DNA of 31,915 nucleotides from a virus (Duplodnaviria; Caudoviricetes). The stretch is taken from positions 1 through 31,915 of the IMG/VR virus record IMGVR_UViG_3300012527_000046; one strand, written 5' to 3'. Under the pieces are notes generated by a model. It did no database searches and was not told the DNA's origin. It saw only the letters and a list, made by a program, of their open reading frames with translations. Of this stretch, positions 7,638 to 15,567 are shown piece by piece (the first letter of the stretch is position 1; the number at the start of each line of letters is the position of its first letter). The position numbers and the translations under genes are program-made.

Positions 7638-8839
7638 CGCCCGGCACGAACTACACCGTCGTCGTTCCCGCAGCGGGCGCGGGCGCTGGATCGGATTCGT
7701 ATTTCTCGACGACGGGCGTTGCGCCGACGTCTACCGCGCAGGGGTGTATGGCGAAGGGTGGCGGCGCGGGCACGGCGGGCAACCTGTCAACGCCGGGTAC
7801 GGCGGGCGCGGGCGGTACGGCAGCCGCTTCCATTGGTGACGCGAAGTTCGGCGGCGGTGCGGGCGCGGCGGGTACGACCACGGCCGCTGGTGGTGGTGGT
7901 GGCGGTGCGGGTACCGCGAACGCGGGTGGCAACGCGGCGGGCCAGACGGCCGGTACGGGTGGCGCTACGGGTGGCGGCGCGGGTGGTACTGGGCCGTTGA
8001 ACGGTGTTGGTGCGGCGGGTTCCACGCTTGGCGGCGCAGGTTCGGGTGGTGGTATCACTTCGGGCGCGGCGGGCAACGGTCAACGTGGACAGGTCGTTAT
8101 CACGTACCTGCGCTATTACAAGCCTCCGGCGAAGGTCGGCGTCATGGTTGGCGTTGCGGTGTTCGCTCGAAAGTTGACGATGTTCCGCGTATTCGTGGCG
8201 GCGTTGATTGGCTTGGCTGCGACGAGCCGCTACGTGCGTGTGATCTCGAAGGTCGCGACGATGATCGGGGTCGCAGCGCCACGCACGCTATATGTGCGAC
8301 TGTCAGCGAAGGCCGCCACGTTGATCGGCGTGGCATCGACCAGTCGGTACGTGCTGCTCGTCGCCAAGGTCGCGACGATGATCGGTGTGGCATCGACGAC
8401 CCGGTATGTGTTTACGGTCCCGAAGGTAGCGATTGCGGCGGGCGTGGCCACCACCGCGCGTTACGTGCGCCTCGCTCCCAAGGTCGCCATAGCCGTGGGT
8501 GTCGCATCGCGCATGATCTACGTGCGTCTCGCAGCCAAGACCGCAACAATGCTAGGGGTACCCACCACGAACCGTTACGTGCGGACTGTCGAGAAGGTCG
8601 CGACAATGATTGGTGTACCCGCGTTCGCGCGACGGGTCGAACTGTTCCGCACGTTCACCGCCACCATGACGGGTGTCGCGACGATGAGTAAGGCGTTGAT
8701 TCTCGTGCGTCAGTTCACCGCTACGATGACGGGTGTCGCTTCGACCGCGATCAAGATGCCACAAGCCGCGCTAAACCGCATTACGGGTGGCGGTGGGACG
8801 ACGATCATCAAGCGGATCACGCACATATTCGACGACTGA
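7634..8839 (+). CDS. Glycine-rich domain plus ~19-21-aa repeat protein (fibre/virion-associated); probably 5'-truncated
   Basis: Gly-rich domain ending GQRGQVVITY, then about 11 KVATMIGVA-like repeats; the frame is open from 7442. Confidence 0.7.
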   Translation: MTPGTNYTVVVPAAGAGAGSDSYFSTTGVAPTSTAQGCMAKGGGAGTAGNLSTPGTAGAGGTAAASIGDAKFGGGAGAAGTTTAAGGGGGGAGTANAGGNAAGQTAGTGGATGGGAGGTGPLNGVGAAGSTLGGAGSGGGITSGAAGNGQRGQVVITYLRYYKPPAKVGVMVGVAVFARKLTMFRVFVAALIGLAATSRYVRVISKVATMIGVAAPRTLYVRLSAKAATLIGVASTSRYVLLVAKVATMIGVASTTRYVFTVPKVAIAAGVATTARYVRLAPKVAIAVGVASRMIYVRLAAKTATMLGVPTTNRYVRTVEKVATMIGVPAFARRVELFRTFTATMTGVATMSKALILVRQFTATMTGVASTAIKMPQAALNRITGGGGTTIIKRITHIFDD

Positions 8840-8855
8840 CGAGGGGGGCTAGGCC

Positions 8856-9503
8856 GTGCCGCTTATAGTTCCGATAGCTGACGCGCTCTGGCCTCCTGAG
8901 CAGTCTGTGATTGCGCCGTCTGGTGTTGTGGTCGCGTCCGTTGTGGGTGGTCCTGTGTTGGTGCTCACCTCGCTTCCCGGCGGTGTGCAAGGCGGCTCGG
9001 CAGTTGCCAGCCCGGGGGTGGAGTTGGGTGTGGGGCCCGCTGCCACGGTCGCGACTACAGGGGTGGGTGGCCCCGCCACCGAAGCGAGCATCGTCTCAGG
9101 GGGCGCCACAACGACAGGGATCGTCGGGGCTCCCCTGGTCGCTGCCACCAACCCGGACACCGTCACGCCAGGCAGCGCCACCACGAACGCCACGGTTGGT
9201 GACCCCACCGTCGCGGCGGCCGAGGCGGGGGCGGATGCGACTGGGAGTGTTCGTAGGCGTCGCCGTCGTAGTTATGACGCTCCCGAGGTTCCCCGCCCGC
9301 TGTTCGCTCCTGCGGTGTTGGTTCGGGTTGGGTCTGTCGTTGTTGGCGCGACGGTGGGTGTTCCGACTGTGCGGGTGGACGCAGCCATCACCGTGGGGGC
9401 TGGGTCTGTTGTTGCTTCCTCTGGTGTTGGTGTTCCTTCGGTTGTGGTGGATGATTCCCTCGAGCGCGACCTGGAGGAGTTCCTGCTGCTCTCTGCGGCG
9501 TGA
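8856..9503 (+). CDS. Val/Gly/Pro-rich repeat protein, putative virion protein
   Basis: Repeated (V/A)GxPxV units; acidic/hydrophobic C-terminus DLEEFLLL; GAGGGGG upstream. Confidence 0.6.
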   Translation: MPLIVPIADALWPPEQSVIAPSGVVVASVVGGPVLVLTSLPGGVQGGSAVASPGVELGVGPAATVATTGVGGPATEASIVSGGATTTGIVGAPLVAATNPDTVTPGSATTNATVGDPTVAAAEAGADATGSVRRRRRRSYDAPEVPRPLFAPAVLVRVGSVVVGATVGVPTVRVDAAITVGAGSVVASSGVGVPSVVVDDSLERDLEEFLLLSAA

Positions 9504-9508
9504 GTGGT

Positions 9509-9531
9509 GTTCTGCACGTTCCCTAGCCTTT
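9509..9531 (+). promoter_or_regulatory. Late-module motif copy 3
   Basis: GTTCTGCAC-GTTCCC-TAGCCTTT upstream of the protease. Confidence 0.8.
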
Positions 9532-9556
9532 GAAGTAACGCTAGGGGAGATGCCGC

Positions 9557-10288
9557 ATGGCGGGGCCGTTCTACACAATCAACGCGCAGACGCATGGCGC
9601 GGATGATCACGCAGAGATCCTGATCTACAGTGAGATCGGGGATTCGTGGTTCGCGGATACCGTTGACGCGAAATCGTTTGTGGATCAGATCGGTGCGCTT
9701 GATGTGAGCAACATCAGCGTTCGTATCAACAGCCCCGGTGGGTCGGTGTTCGATGGGCACGCGATCCATAACGCTTTGAAGCGTCACCGCGCGCACGTCA
9801 CGACGTATGTGGATGGCCTCGCGGCGTCGATCGCGAGTGTGGTGGCTCTCGCTGGTGATCGTGTGGTGATGGCGCAGAACAGCGTGATGATGATCCACAA
9901 CGCGTGGACCGTCGCGATCGGTGACGCCAACGAGATGCGTAGCAAAGCGGACGTGCTCGACACGCTCAACCGCACGCTCGTGGGTGTGTACGAGTCCAAG
10001 ACCTCCAAGCCGCGTGAGGAGATCGTGGCGGCTATGAGTGCGGAAACGTGGTTCGACGCTGCTAGTGCGCTCGAGTTCGGGTTGGCGGATGAGATCACGA
10101 AGGACGAGGCGCAGATCGCGGCGCTCGCACAGTTTGATGTGAAAGCGCTGGAGCGTTTCCGCCGCACCCCCGAGCGTCTCGTGGCCGCACTTCGCGAGCC
10201 CACTGACGAAGTGTTCTGCACAGACACCAAACTTCAAGAGGTAGACCCGGAGCAGCTCGCTCGGGTGAACAAAATGTTGTTCTCATAG
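9557..10288 (+). CDS. ClpP-type prohead maturation protease
   Basis: RINSPGGSVFDG, GLAASIASV, MMIHNA, ETWF..ALEFGLAD. Confidence 0.95.
   Translation: MAGPFYTINAQTHGADDHAEILIYSEIGDSWFADTVDAKSFVDQIGALDVSNISVRINSPGGSVFDGHAIHNALKRHRAHVTTYVDGLAASIASVVALAGDRVVMAQNSVMMIHNAWTVAIGDANEMRSKADVLDTLNRTLVGVYESKTSKPREEIVAAMSAETWFDAASALEFGLADEITKDEAQIAALAQFDVKALERFRRTPERLVAALREPTDEVFCTDTKLQEVDPEQLARVNKMLFS
10213..10233 (+). promoter_or_regulatory. Late-module motif variant copy 6 (inside the 3' end of the protease gene, upstream of the capsid gene)
   Basis: GTTCTGCAC-AGACAC-CAAACT, same N6 spacing. Confidence 0.55.
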
Positions 10289-10302
10289 GGAGAAGTACCG
10301 AG

Positions 10303-11640
10303 ATGACTAAGCTGCTCAGGGATCAGGTCAAGGAAGAACTCAAGCGCAACGATGAGCTCGCTAAGGATAAGTGGGCGGCGTGGAAGTCTGAGCTTGACAA
10401 GGTGACGGGTGAGGGTAAGAACCTCGCCGCACCGGAGCACAAGGACGAGTTTGAGCGCCTCAACGCGCTGAAGCGTGAGCACTCCGAAGTCGCCGAGCGC
10501 GTGCTTGACCTTCGCGCTCAGGCGCAGGATGTGAAGGAGTGGGAGACCGGCACTCGACCTGACTCGTACTCTGCGATGGATGAGAACCACGGCGCAGAGG
10601 CATGGGCCACAGGTTTGAAGGACACCGCCAAGCGCGTTGATGCCGCTTCGCGGATCCTGACGGGTCAGTCGTACAAGGATCTCTTGGATAGCCGTGTGCT
10701 TGAGTCCAAGTCGGCGCGTGTTGGGTCGCAAACACTGGGTACGGCGCTGAGCGCGCAGGAGTTCAAGGCCGCGGTGCTTCGCATCGCGACCACATCGAGT
10801 GCTGGTGCGTTCTCGGTTGGGGAGCAGACCGGCATTGTGGTGGATCTGCCGCAGCGACAGACGCGACTCCTGGACCTCCTGACAGTTGGTGAGACCGATG
10901 AGGCCAGCGTGGAGTTCGTTCGCGAGCTCACCACACCAGGTAACGCGGCGTTCGTTGCGGAGGCTGATTCCTCTGACCCAACGGACCTCACGGGTCTGAA
11001 GCCCGAGACGAGCGCGACATACGAGCGTGTCGTTGAGCCCACGAAGATCGTGGCGCACTGGATCCCGATGACCAAGAAGGCGCTGCGTAACCAGTCGCTC
11101 CTTCGCACGTTCATCGAGTCGCGCCTGATGAACGGGGTGCTCCGCGCCGCTGAGTCATCCGCCCTCGGCGGAGCCGGTGGGGACGCTTTCACCGGTATTC
11201 AGAACACGGTGGGAACGTCGAACTACACCAAGGGTGCGGGGGAGACGATCGCCGACGCGGTTCACAAGCAGATGACGCTGGTTGAGATCGCGATGGAGGA
11301 CGACGCACTCAGCCTCGCCACGGTACTGCACCCCACGGATTGGCAGACCTACGCGCTGAGTAAGAACGCAAACGGCGACTACATCAACGGCAAGCCATCC
11401 GATATGACCAGCAAGCAGATGTGGGGCCGCCCGGTCGTTACCACCACCGTGATCGCCCAGGGTATCGACCTTGTGGGCGACTTCAGCACAGCGATGTTGC
11501 TGATCGCATCGGGAGTGGAGGTCCTAGCTTCTGACGGGGTGGAAAACTTCTTCCTGAAGAACATGGTTGCGTTGCTCGCCGAGATGGAAGCAGCGTTCAT
11601 TGTTCCTCAGCCCAAGGCTTTCTGCGAAGGCATCCTCTAG
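10303..11640 (+). CDS. HK97-fold major capsid protein with N-terminal coiled-coil delta domain
   Basis: AAFVAE..KPE, KIVAHWIPMT, LHPTDW, WGRPVV, GDF, C-terminal PKAF. Confidence 0.93.
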   Translation: MTKLLRDQVKEELKRNDELAKDKWAAWKSELDKVTGEGKNLAAPEHKDEFERLNALKREHSEVAERVLDLRAQAQDVKEWETGTRPDSYSAMDENHGAEAWATGLKDTAKRVDAASRILTGQSYKDLLDSRVLESKSARVGSQTLGTALSAQEFKAAVLRIATTSSAGAFSVGEQTGIVVDLPQRQTRLLDLLTVGETDEASVEFVRELTTPGNAAFVAEADSSDPTDLTGLKPETSATYERVVEPTKIVAHWIPMTKKALRNQSLLRTFIESRLMNGVLRAAESSALGGAGGDAFTGIQNTVGTSNYTKGAGETIADAVHKQMTLVEIAMEDDALSLATVLHPTDWQTYALSKNANGDYINGKPSDMTSKQMWGRPVVTTTVIAQGIDLVGDFSTAMLLIASGVEVLASDGVENFFLKNMVALLAEMEAAFIVPQPKAFCEGIL

Positions 11641-11658
11641 CCGGTAGGGGTGTGAACG

Positions 11659-11916
11659 GTGGCTGTTATGAAATCCAATGCAACGGAACACAGGGAGCTT
11701 GATATGCCGAACCTTGCTGAACACGATGTGTACGTCGATCACCCCGCTGGTTACGGGAAGGTTCTGATTGCCCGCGCTGGGCAGCCGCTGACCGAAGCGC
11801 AGCAGATCCTGGTGGAGGACGCCAAGGAGAAGGCGAAGGCACCCACCGAGCAGACGAAGTCTCCTGCTGATGAGAAGGCCGCGAAGGATTCCGCTTCTAA
11901 GAAAAGTGGGGGCTGA
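11659..11916 (+). CDS. Small hypothetical head-associated protein
   Basis: Follows the capsid gene; Lys/Ala-rich tail; start uncertain. Confidence 0.55.
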   Translation: MAVMKSNATEHRELDMPNLAEHDVYVDHPAGYGKVLIARAGQPLTEAQQILVEDAKEKAKAPTEQTKSPADEKAAKDSASKKSGG

Positions 11917-11919
11917 TAG

Positions 11920-12333
11920 ATGTCGGAGGTTTCCATTGGCACGCGTAAGCCGATCGTGCGTACGTTCCGCTACGACTTCGCCGCTCTTGGTGGTGCGATC
12001 GGTGCGTTGAACCTGACGGATCAGGCACGTGCGGACGCTAAGCTCCCTGACAACGCTGTGGTGACGCGTGCGTGGCTTGAGGGAGTAACCACACCAACGA
12101 GTGCTGGTGCGGCTACGATCGCGTTAGGGTTCACTGGGTCGGCTGCTGCGTTCAAGGCTGCCACGGCGTATACCGATGCGACGTTTGTTGCAGACGCGGC
12201 CTCCGCTGCGAACGCCACCGTGCCACTGAAAACGAACGCCGCTGCTGGTGTGAATGTCATTGCGACGATCGCTGTGGCTGCGCTCACCGCTGGGAAGTTC
12301 GATGTTCATGTGGAGTACATCCCCGGGTCCTGA
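11920..12333 (+). CDS. Putative capsid decoration protein
   Basis: Ala/Thr-rich beta protein (LPDNAVV..., LTAGKFDVHVEY) in the head module. Confidence 0.6.
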   Translation: MSEVSIGTRKPIVRTFRYDFAALGGAIGALNLTDQARADAKLPDNAVVTRAWLEGVTTPTSAGAATIALGFTGSAAAFKAATAYTDATFVADAASAANATVPLKTNAAAGVNVIATIAVAALTAGKFDVHVEYIPGS

Positions 12334-12350
12334 GTTGATGGAGGCGCTTA

Positions 12351-12926
12351 ATGCCGCTGGGTCCTAGCGCACTCGTTACGCTGGCCGAGGCGAAAGCGTT
12401 CATAGCTGGGACGATCCCGTCTAGTGATGACGCACGCCTTGAGGGAATGATCGACGCGGCTAGTGACCTGATCCTTCGCGAAACAAACCGCGAGTTTCTC
12501 CCCAAGGTCACGGCTACGCGGATGATCTCGTACCAGTGGGGTGGTGTTGCGTGGTTCACGCCGTACGACGCGCGCGCGGTTACCAGTATCACGTTGGGGA
12601 GTACGCTCCTCACCGCGGATGTGGACTACGTGCTATTGCCCACTTCGCGGCGCGATGGGGTGTTCACTGGTGCGCGGTTGAGCTCGAACCTCACCATCGA
12701 CGTGGCACCCCTGGGTGTGGCGTTGTTGAGTGTGGTGGGCGATTGGGGTTGGACCGACGTGCCGAACCAGATTAAGCGTGCGTGTCTGCGGATTGTTGAT
12801 GCGTGGTACGGGGTGGATGGGCCGGCGCACTCGGAGGAGTTTTCTGAGGCGACGTTCGCGGGTGATGGGATGCTCCCCATGGATGTGTGGGGCGTTATCA
12901 AGTCGTATCGTCGGGTGTTCATCTGA
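12351..12926 (+). CDS. Head-tail adaptor (gp6/gp15-like)
   Basis: LVTLAEAKAF..DDARL..IDAAS..TNREF; WGW..VP..IKRAC. Confidence 0.8.
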   Translation: MPLGPSALVTLAEAKAFIAGTIPSSDDARLEGMIDAASDLILRETNREFLPKVTATRMISYQWGGVAWFTPYDARAVTSITLGSTLLTADVDYVLLPTSRRDGVFTGARLSSNLTIDVAPLGVALLSVVGDWGWTDVPNQIKRACLRIVDAWYGVDGPAHSEEFSEATFAGDGMLPMDVWGVIKSYRRVFI

Positions 12927-13360
12927 TGCTCCCTACGATGCAAACAGAGTGGGATATCACTCCTGCTACGAACGCGTTGGATAGTGCCGCGTTGCGGATT
13001 GTGGATGCGGTGCAGGATGCGTTGATGCCGATCGCTGAGGGTGTAGCGGCGAAAGCGAACGCGGCGTATTCGGGGAGTGCTGCTGGGTTCAAGGCCAAGC
13101 GGGGTGGGGCGGGGAAGCCGATCACCGTTTCGAGTGCGTGGTTTCCTACGGGGCTGCTTGAGAAGGGTACCCTTGGTGGGCGTTCGGAGCCGGTGAAGCG
13201 GAAGCGTAACGCGCGTAAGCGGGGGAACTATCAGGGCGCGGGTATCCAAGCGCGTCACGGGCTCAAGAACGCGGCGCAGGGTGTTCAGGAGCTTGCTCGG
13301 GTGGCGGCACTCAACGCCGTAGCGGACACCGCTAGGCGTGCTGGTTTGGACGTGAGCTAG
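12926..13360 (+). CDS. Head-tail/neck protein (HK97 gp10-like position)
   Basis: TGATG overlap; LLEKGT motif; synteny. Confidence 0.55.
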   Translation: MLPTMQTEWDITPATNALDSAALRIVDAVQDALMPIAEGVAAKANAAYSGSAAGFKAKRGGAGKPITVSSAWFPTGLLEKGTLGGRSEPVKRKRNARKRGNYQGAGIQARHGLKNAAQGVQELARVAALNAVADTARRAGLDVS

Positions 13361-13747
13361 GTGAACACCGCCGCCGTACTCGCCGCGCTCACCGGCGCCC
13401 TTGAAGCTCAGGGGTTGGTGGTCCTTGTGGATCAGCCACGTGCGCCACTGCCGAGTGTTGAGATCCTCCCCCCGGGGTTCGATCAGTTCCACGAGATGAA
13501 CGAGTCTTGGGACGACGTACGCCGTAGCTTGTGGCTACTGCGGTTGTACTCGGAGCCCACGTTCCCCGCTGCTGTGGACCTCGTGGACACCACCCTGGGC
13601 GCGCTGCGCGCTGACGTGACGCTCGGGGGTGTGGTGGCGTATGTGCTTCCCGCGCGCGTGGATGCGCCTCGGAAAGATTCAACGGATACGAACAATCAGA
13701 CGCGGTACATCCGAGAGATGGTACTCGCGATCGAACACAACCCGTAG
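13361..13747 (+). CDS. Putative tail terminator
   Basis: ALRADVTLGGVV; size and synteny. Confidence 0.6.
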   Translation: MNTAAVLAALTGALEAQGLVVLVDQPRAPLPSVEILPPGFDQFHEMNESWDDVRRSLWLLRLYSEPTFPAAVDLVDTTLGALRADVTLGGVVAYVLPARVDAPRKDSTDTNNQTRYIREMVLAIEHNP

Positions 13748-13759
13748 GGGAGAACAATC

Positions 13760-13981
13760 ATGCCCGCAGACAAGAAGGATGCCCAGCCCGCCGCCACCAC
13801 TGAGGGTGTGCTGCTCAAGGTGAACCCGAAGTTGTACCCCACCGATGTGGTGGAGATCGGCGAGCGGCGGTTCACCGCTGAGGGCACGCTGGTAGGCGAG
13901 CGCGAGGTGGCGAAGCTCACCTCTCACAAGGAGCGCGGTTTGCAGCTGCTGGTGAAAGCCGGGGAGCCCGAGGACGCATGA
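13760..13981 (+). CDS. Hypothetical protein
   Basis: GGGGAG SD; ATGA overlap with the next gene. Confidence 0.6.
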   Translation: MPADKKDAQPAATTEGVLLKVNPKLYPTDVVEIGERRFTAEGTLVGEREVAKLTSHKERGLQLLVKAGEPEDA

Positions 13982-14205
13982 CGCGCTTCAAAGCGCACGA
14001 GGATCACGCCGCCCGGTTCGTGGATACCAACCACACTGGTGAGCGTGTGGAGCTTGAGGAACGCCACGAATCGGGTGAGTACTCGTTATTCGTGGAGGGG
14101 CGGATGGTGGGTTCGTTTATGCACGAGCATGGCGCTCCGATGCTCGCCGCGGACGCGGGGAAGATTGTGGATCACATGCTCACAGCACACCGCACTAAGA
14201 AGTAG
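13978..14205 (+). CDS. Hypothetical protein
   Basis: ATGA-coupled ORF ending just before motif copy 4. Confidence 0.55.
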   Translation: MTRFKAHEDHAARFVDTNHTGERVELEERHESGEYSLFVEGRMVGSFMHEHGAPMLAADAGKIVDHMLTAHRTKK

Positions 14206-14216
14206 CGGTGAGTGGT

Positions 14217-14239
14217 GTTCTGCACGTTCCCTAGCCTTT
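14217..14239 (+). promoter_or_regulatory. Late-module motif copy 4
   Basis: GTTCTGCAC-GTTCCC-TAGCCTTT upstream of the major tail gene. Confidence 0.8.
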
Positions 14240-14277
14240 CAGTGTGAAGGTTTTTTCCTCGACACTGGGAGTTACTG

Positions 14278-14862
14278 ATGCCGCGCTCAACCACTGAAGT
14301 CGTTGGCGGCGTAGCCAACTGGTACTACGCTCCCACCGCCACACCAACCACGGGACTGACGGGCGCGTCTGGCACGTTCGTTGCGTACAACGGAGTGTGG
14401 CCCACGGGGTGGATCGGGAACTTCTACACCCAGGACGGCGTGACGCTCGAGGAGAACAAGAACGTAGAAACGTGGCGTGTTGAGGAGGAATCCAACGACA
14501 TCAACACGTTCCTCGACTCGCGCACCATGCAGCTGACAATGAACGTCGCTCAGGACACGATCGATATGCGAAAGCTCGGGCTGGGTGGCGGAACTATCAC
14601 CACCACCGCCGCGGGTGCTTCGCAGATCGGCAAGAAAACCCTTCTGCTCAGCGATTCGCTGGACGCGGTGATGGTCGGTGTGGAAGCGCTCAACAGCGCG
14701 GGGTTCGTGGACCGCTGGATTTTCCCGAACGTGAAAAGCGTGGGTAACTTCGGGCACTCGTACCGCCGCTCGCAGTACCGCATCACCCCAGTAACTTTCA
14801 AGATCATTGGCAGTGTGGCGGACATCATCCACGTGTCCCAGACCGCTATCGCCAGCGCTTAA
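14278..14862 (+). CDS. Major tail (tube) protein
   Basis: WYYAP..W..YTQDGVTL pattern; position before the chaperones and tape measure. Confidence 0.8.
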   Translation: MPRSTTEVVGGVANWYYAPTATPTTGLTGASGTFVAYNGVWPTGWIGNFYTQDGVTLEENKNVETWRVEEESNDINTFLDSRTMQLTMNVAQDTIDMRKLGLGGGTITTTAAGASQIGKKTLLLSDSLDAVMVGVEALNSAGFVDRWIFPNVKSVGNFGHSYRRSQYRITPVTFKIIGSVADIIHVSQTAIASA

Positions 14863-14977
14863 CGGTTTGGTGGTGGGTCCCCACCTGGGTGGGGCGTAAG
14901 TCCGTTCCTCGCTGGATCGCGGAGCCCACCACCACTACCTGATCCAGCACAGATCCAGCGGAATGGAGATCCAGCAC

Positions 14978-15325
14978 ATGGCTACGTTCAAGCCAACAGA
15001 GGTCACTGGCCTCGAGTACAACCTCACCACCGTCCCCAAGATCGGTGGGAAGCCGGGCGAGATGTGTTCCGGTGAGGGTGTGATTCCTGAGCCCTCAGAT
15101 GAGGCTATCGACGCGTACCTATCGACGGATACAACTGATGGTGGGGACGATGGGGCGGTGGCGACGTTCAAAAAGATTCGTGAGGCGTGGACCGCTTCGA
15201 TCGAGGCGCTTGGTGTGCCGAAGGATCACTTGGATGAGTTGCCGCTTGTGGCGTTCCACGAGTTCAAGGATTGGCTTGCGGATGAGTTACTCCCAAACGG
15301 GTCCAGGAGCGCCGCCGCCCGCTAG
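14978..15325 (+). CDS. Tail assembly chaperone (G-like)
   Basis: GGAG SD at 14965; synteny; slippery site near the 3' end. Confidence 0.75.
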   Translation: MATFKPTEVTGLEYNLTTVPKIGGKPGEMCSGEGVIPEPSDEAIDAYLSTDTTDGGDDGAVATFKKIREAWTASIEALGVPKDHLDELPLVAFHEFKDWLADELLPNGSRSAAAR

Positions 15326-15333
15326 AGGCGCTC
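15292..15333 (+). other. Programmed -1 frameshift site (C CCA AAC plus downstream hairpin)
   Basis: In-phase XXXYYYZ heptamer at 15292-15298; GAGCGCC/GGCGCTC stem at 15307-15333; the -1 frame is open to 15558. Confidence 0.75.
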
Positions 15334-15558
15334 TCTGATGATGACTGTGTGGAGTATGCGTTCGCGCTGGCGGAGTTCGGTAAGGACCCGTTTGAGTGGG
15401 CGGCGCTTCCGTGGTTTGTGCGGGACCTGTTGCTGCGGGGCCATCGGTTGCGAACGGAGGACCCCGAGCGGGGGGGTGGTTCTGCTGAATCGCCAGACTT
15501 TGTGGACAGGGATGACTTCTTTGAGGGCCTTGGTATCAAGACTCGGGAAGTGAACTAG
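15298..15558 (+). CDS. Tail assembly chaperone GT extension (-1 frame)
   Basis: Open -1 frame RVQERRRPL..FGKDPFEWAALP; ends just before the tape measure gene. Confidence 0.7.
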   Translation, partial: RVQERRRPLEALSDDDCVEYAFALAEFGKDPFEWAALPWFVRDLLLRGHRLRTEDPERGGGSAESPDFVDRDDFFEGLGIKTREVN

Positions 15559-15567
15559 GGGCTGGGT

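Noticed and set aside
8130-8760. Repeats as DGR template/variable repeats or shufflon sites
   Set aside because: There is no reverse transcriptase, no adenine-specific variation and no inverted crossover sites; they are degenerate in-frame protein repeats.
9509-9531. Motif as a sigma54 (-24/-12) promoter
   Set aside because: It lacks the invariant GG, and GCACG to TAGC is one base longer than the TGGCACG-N4-TTGC spacing.
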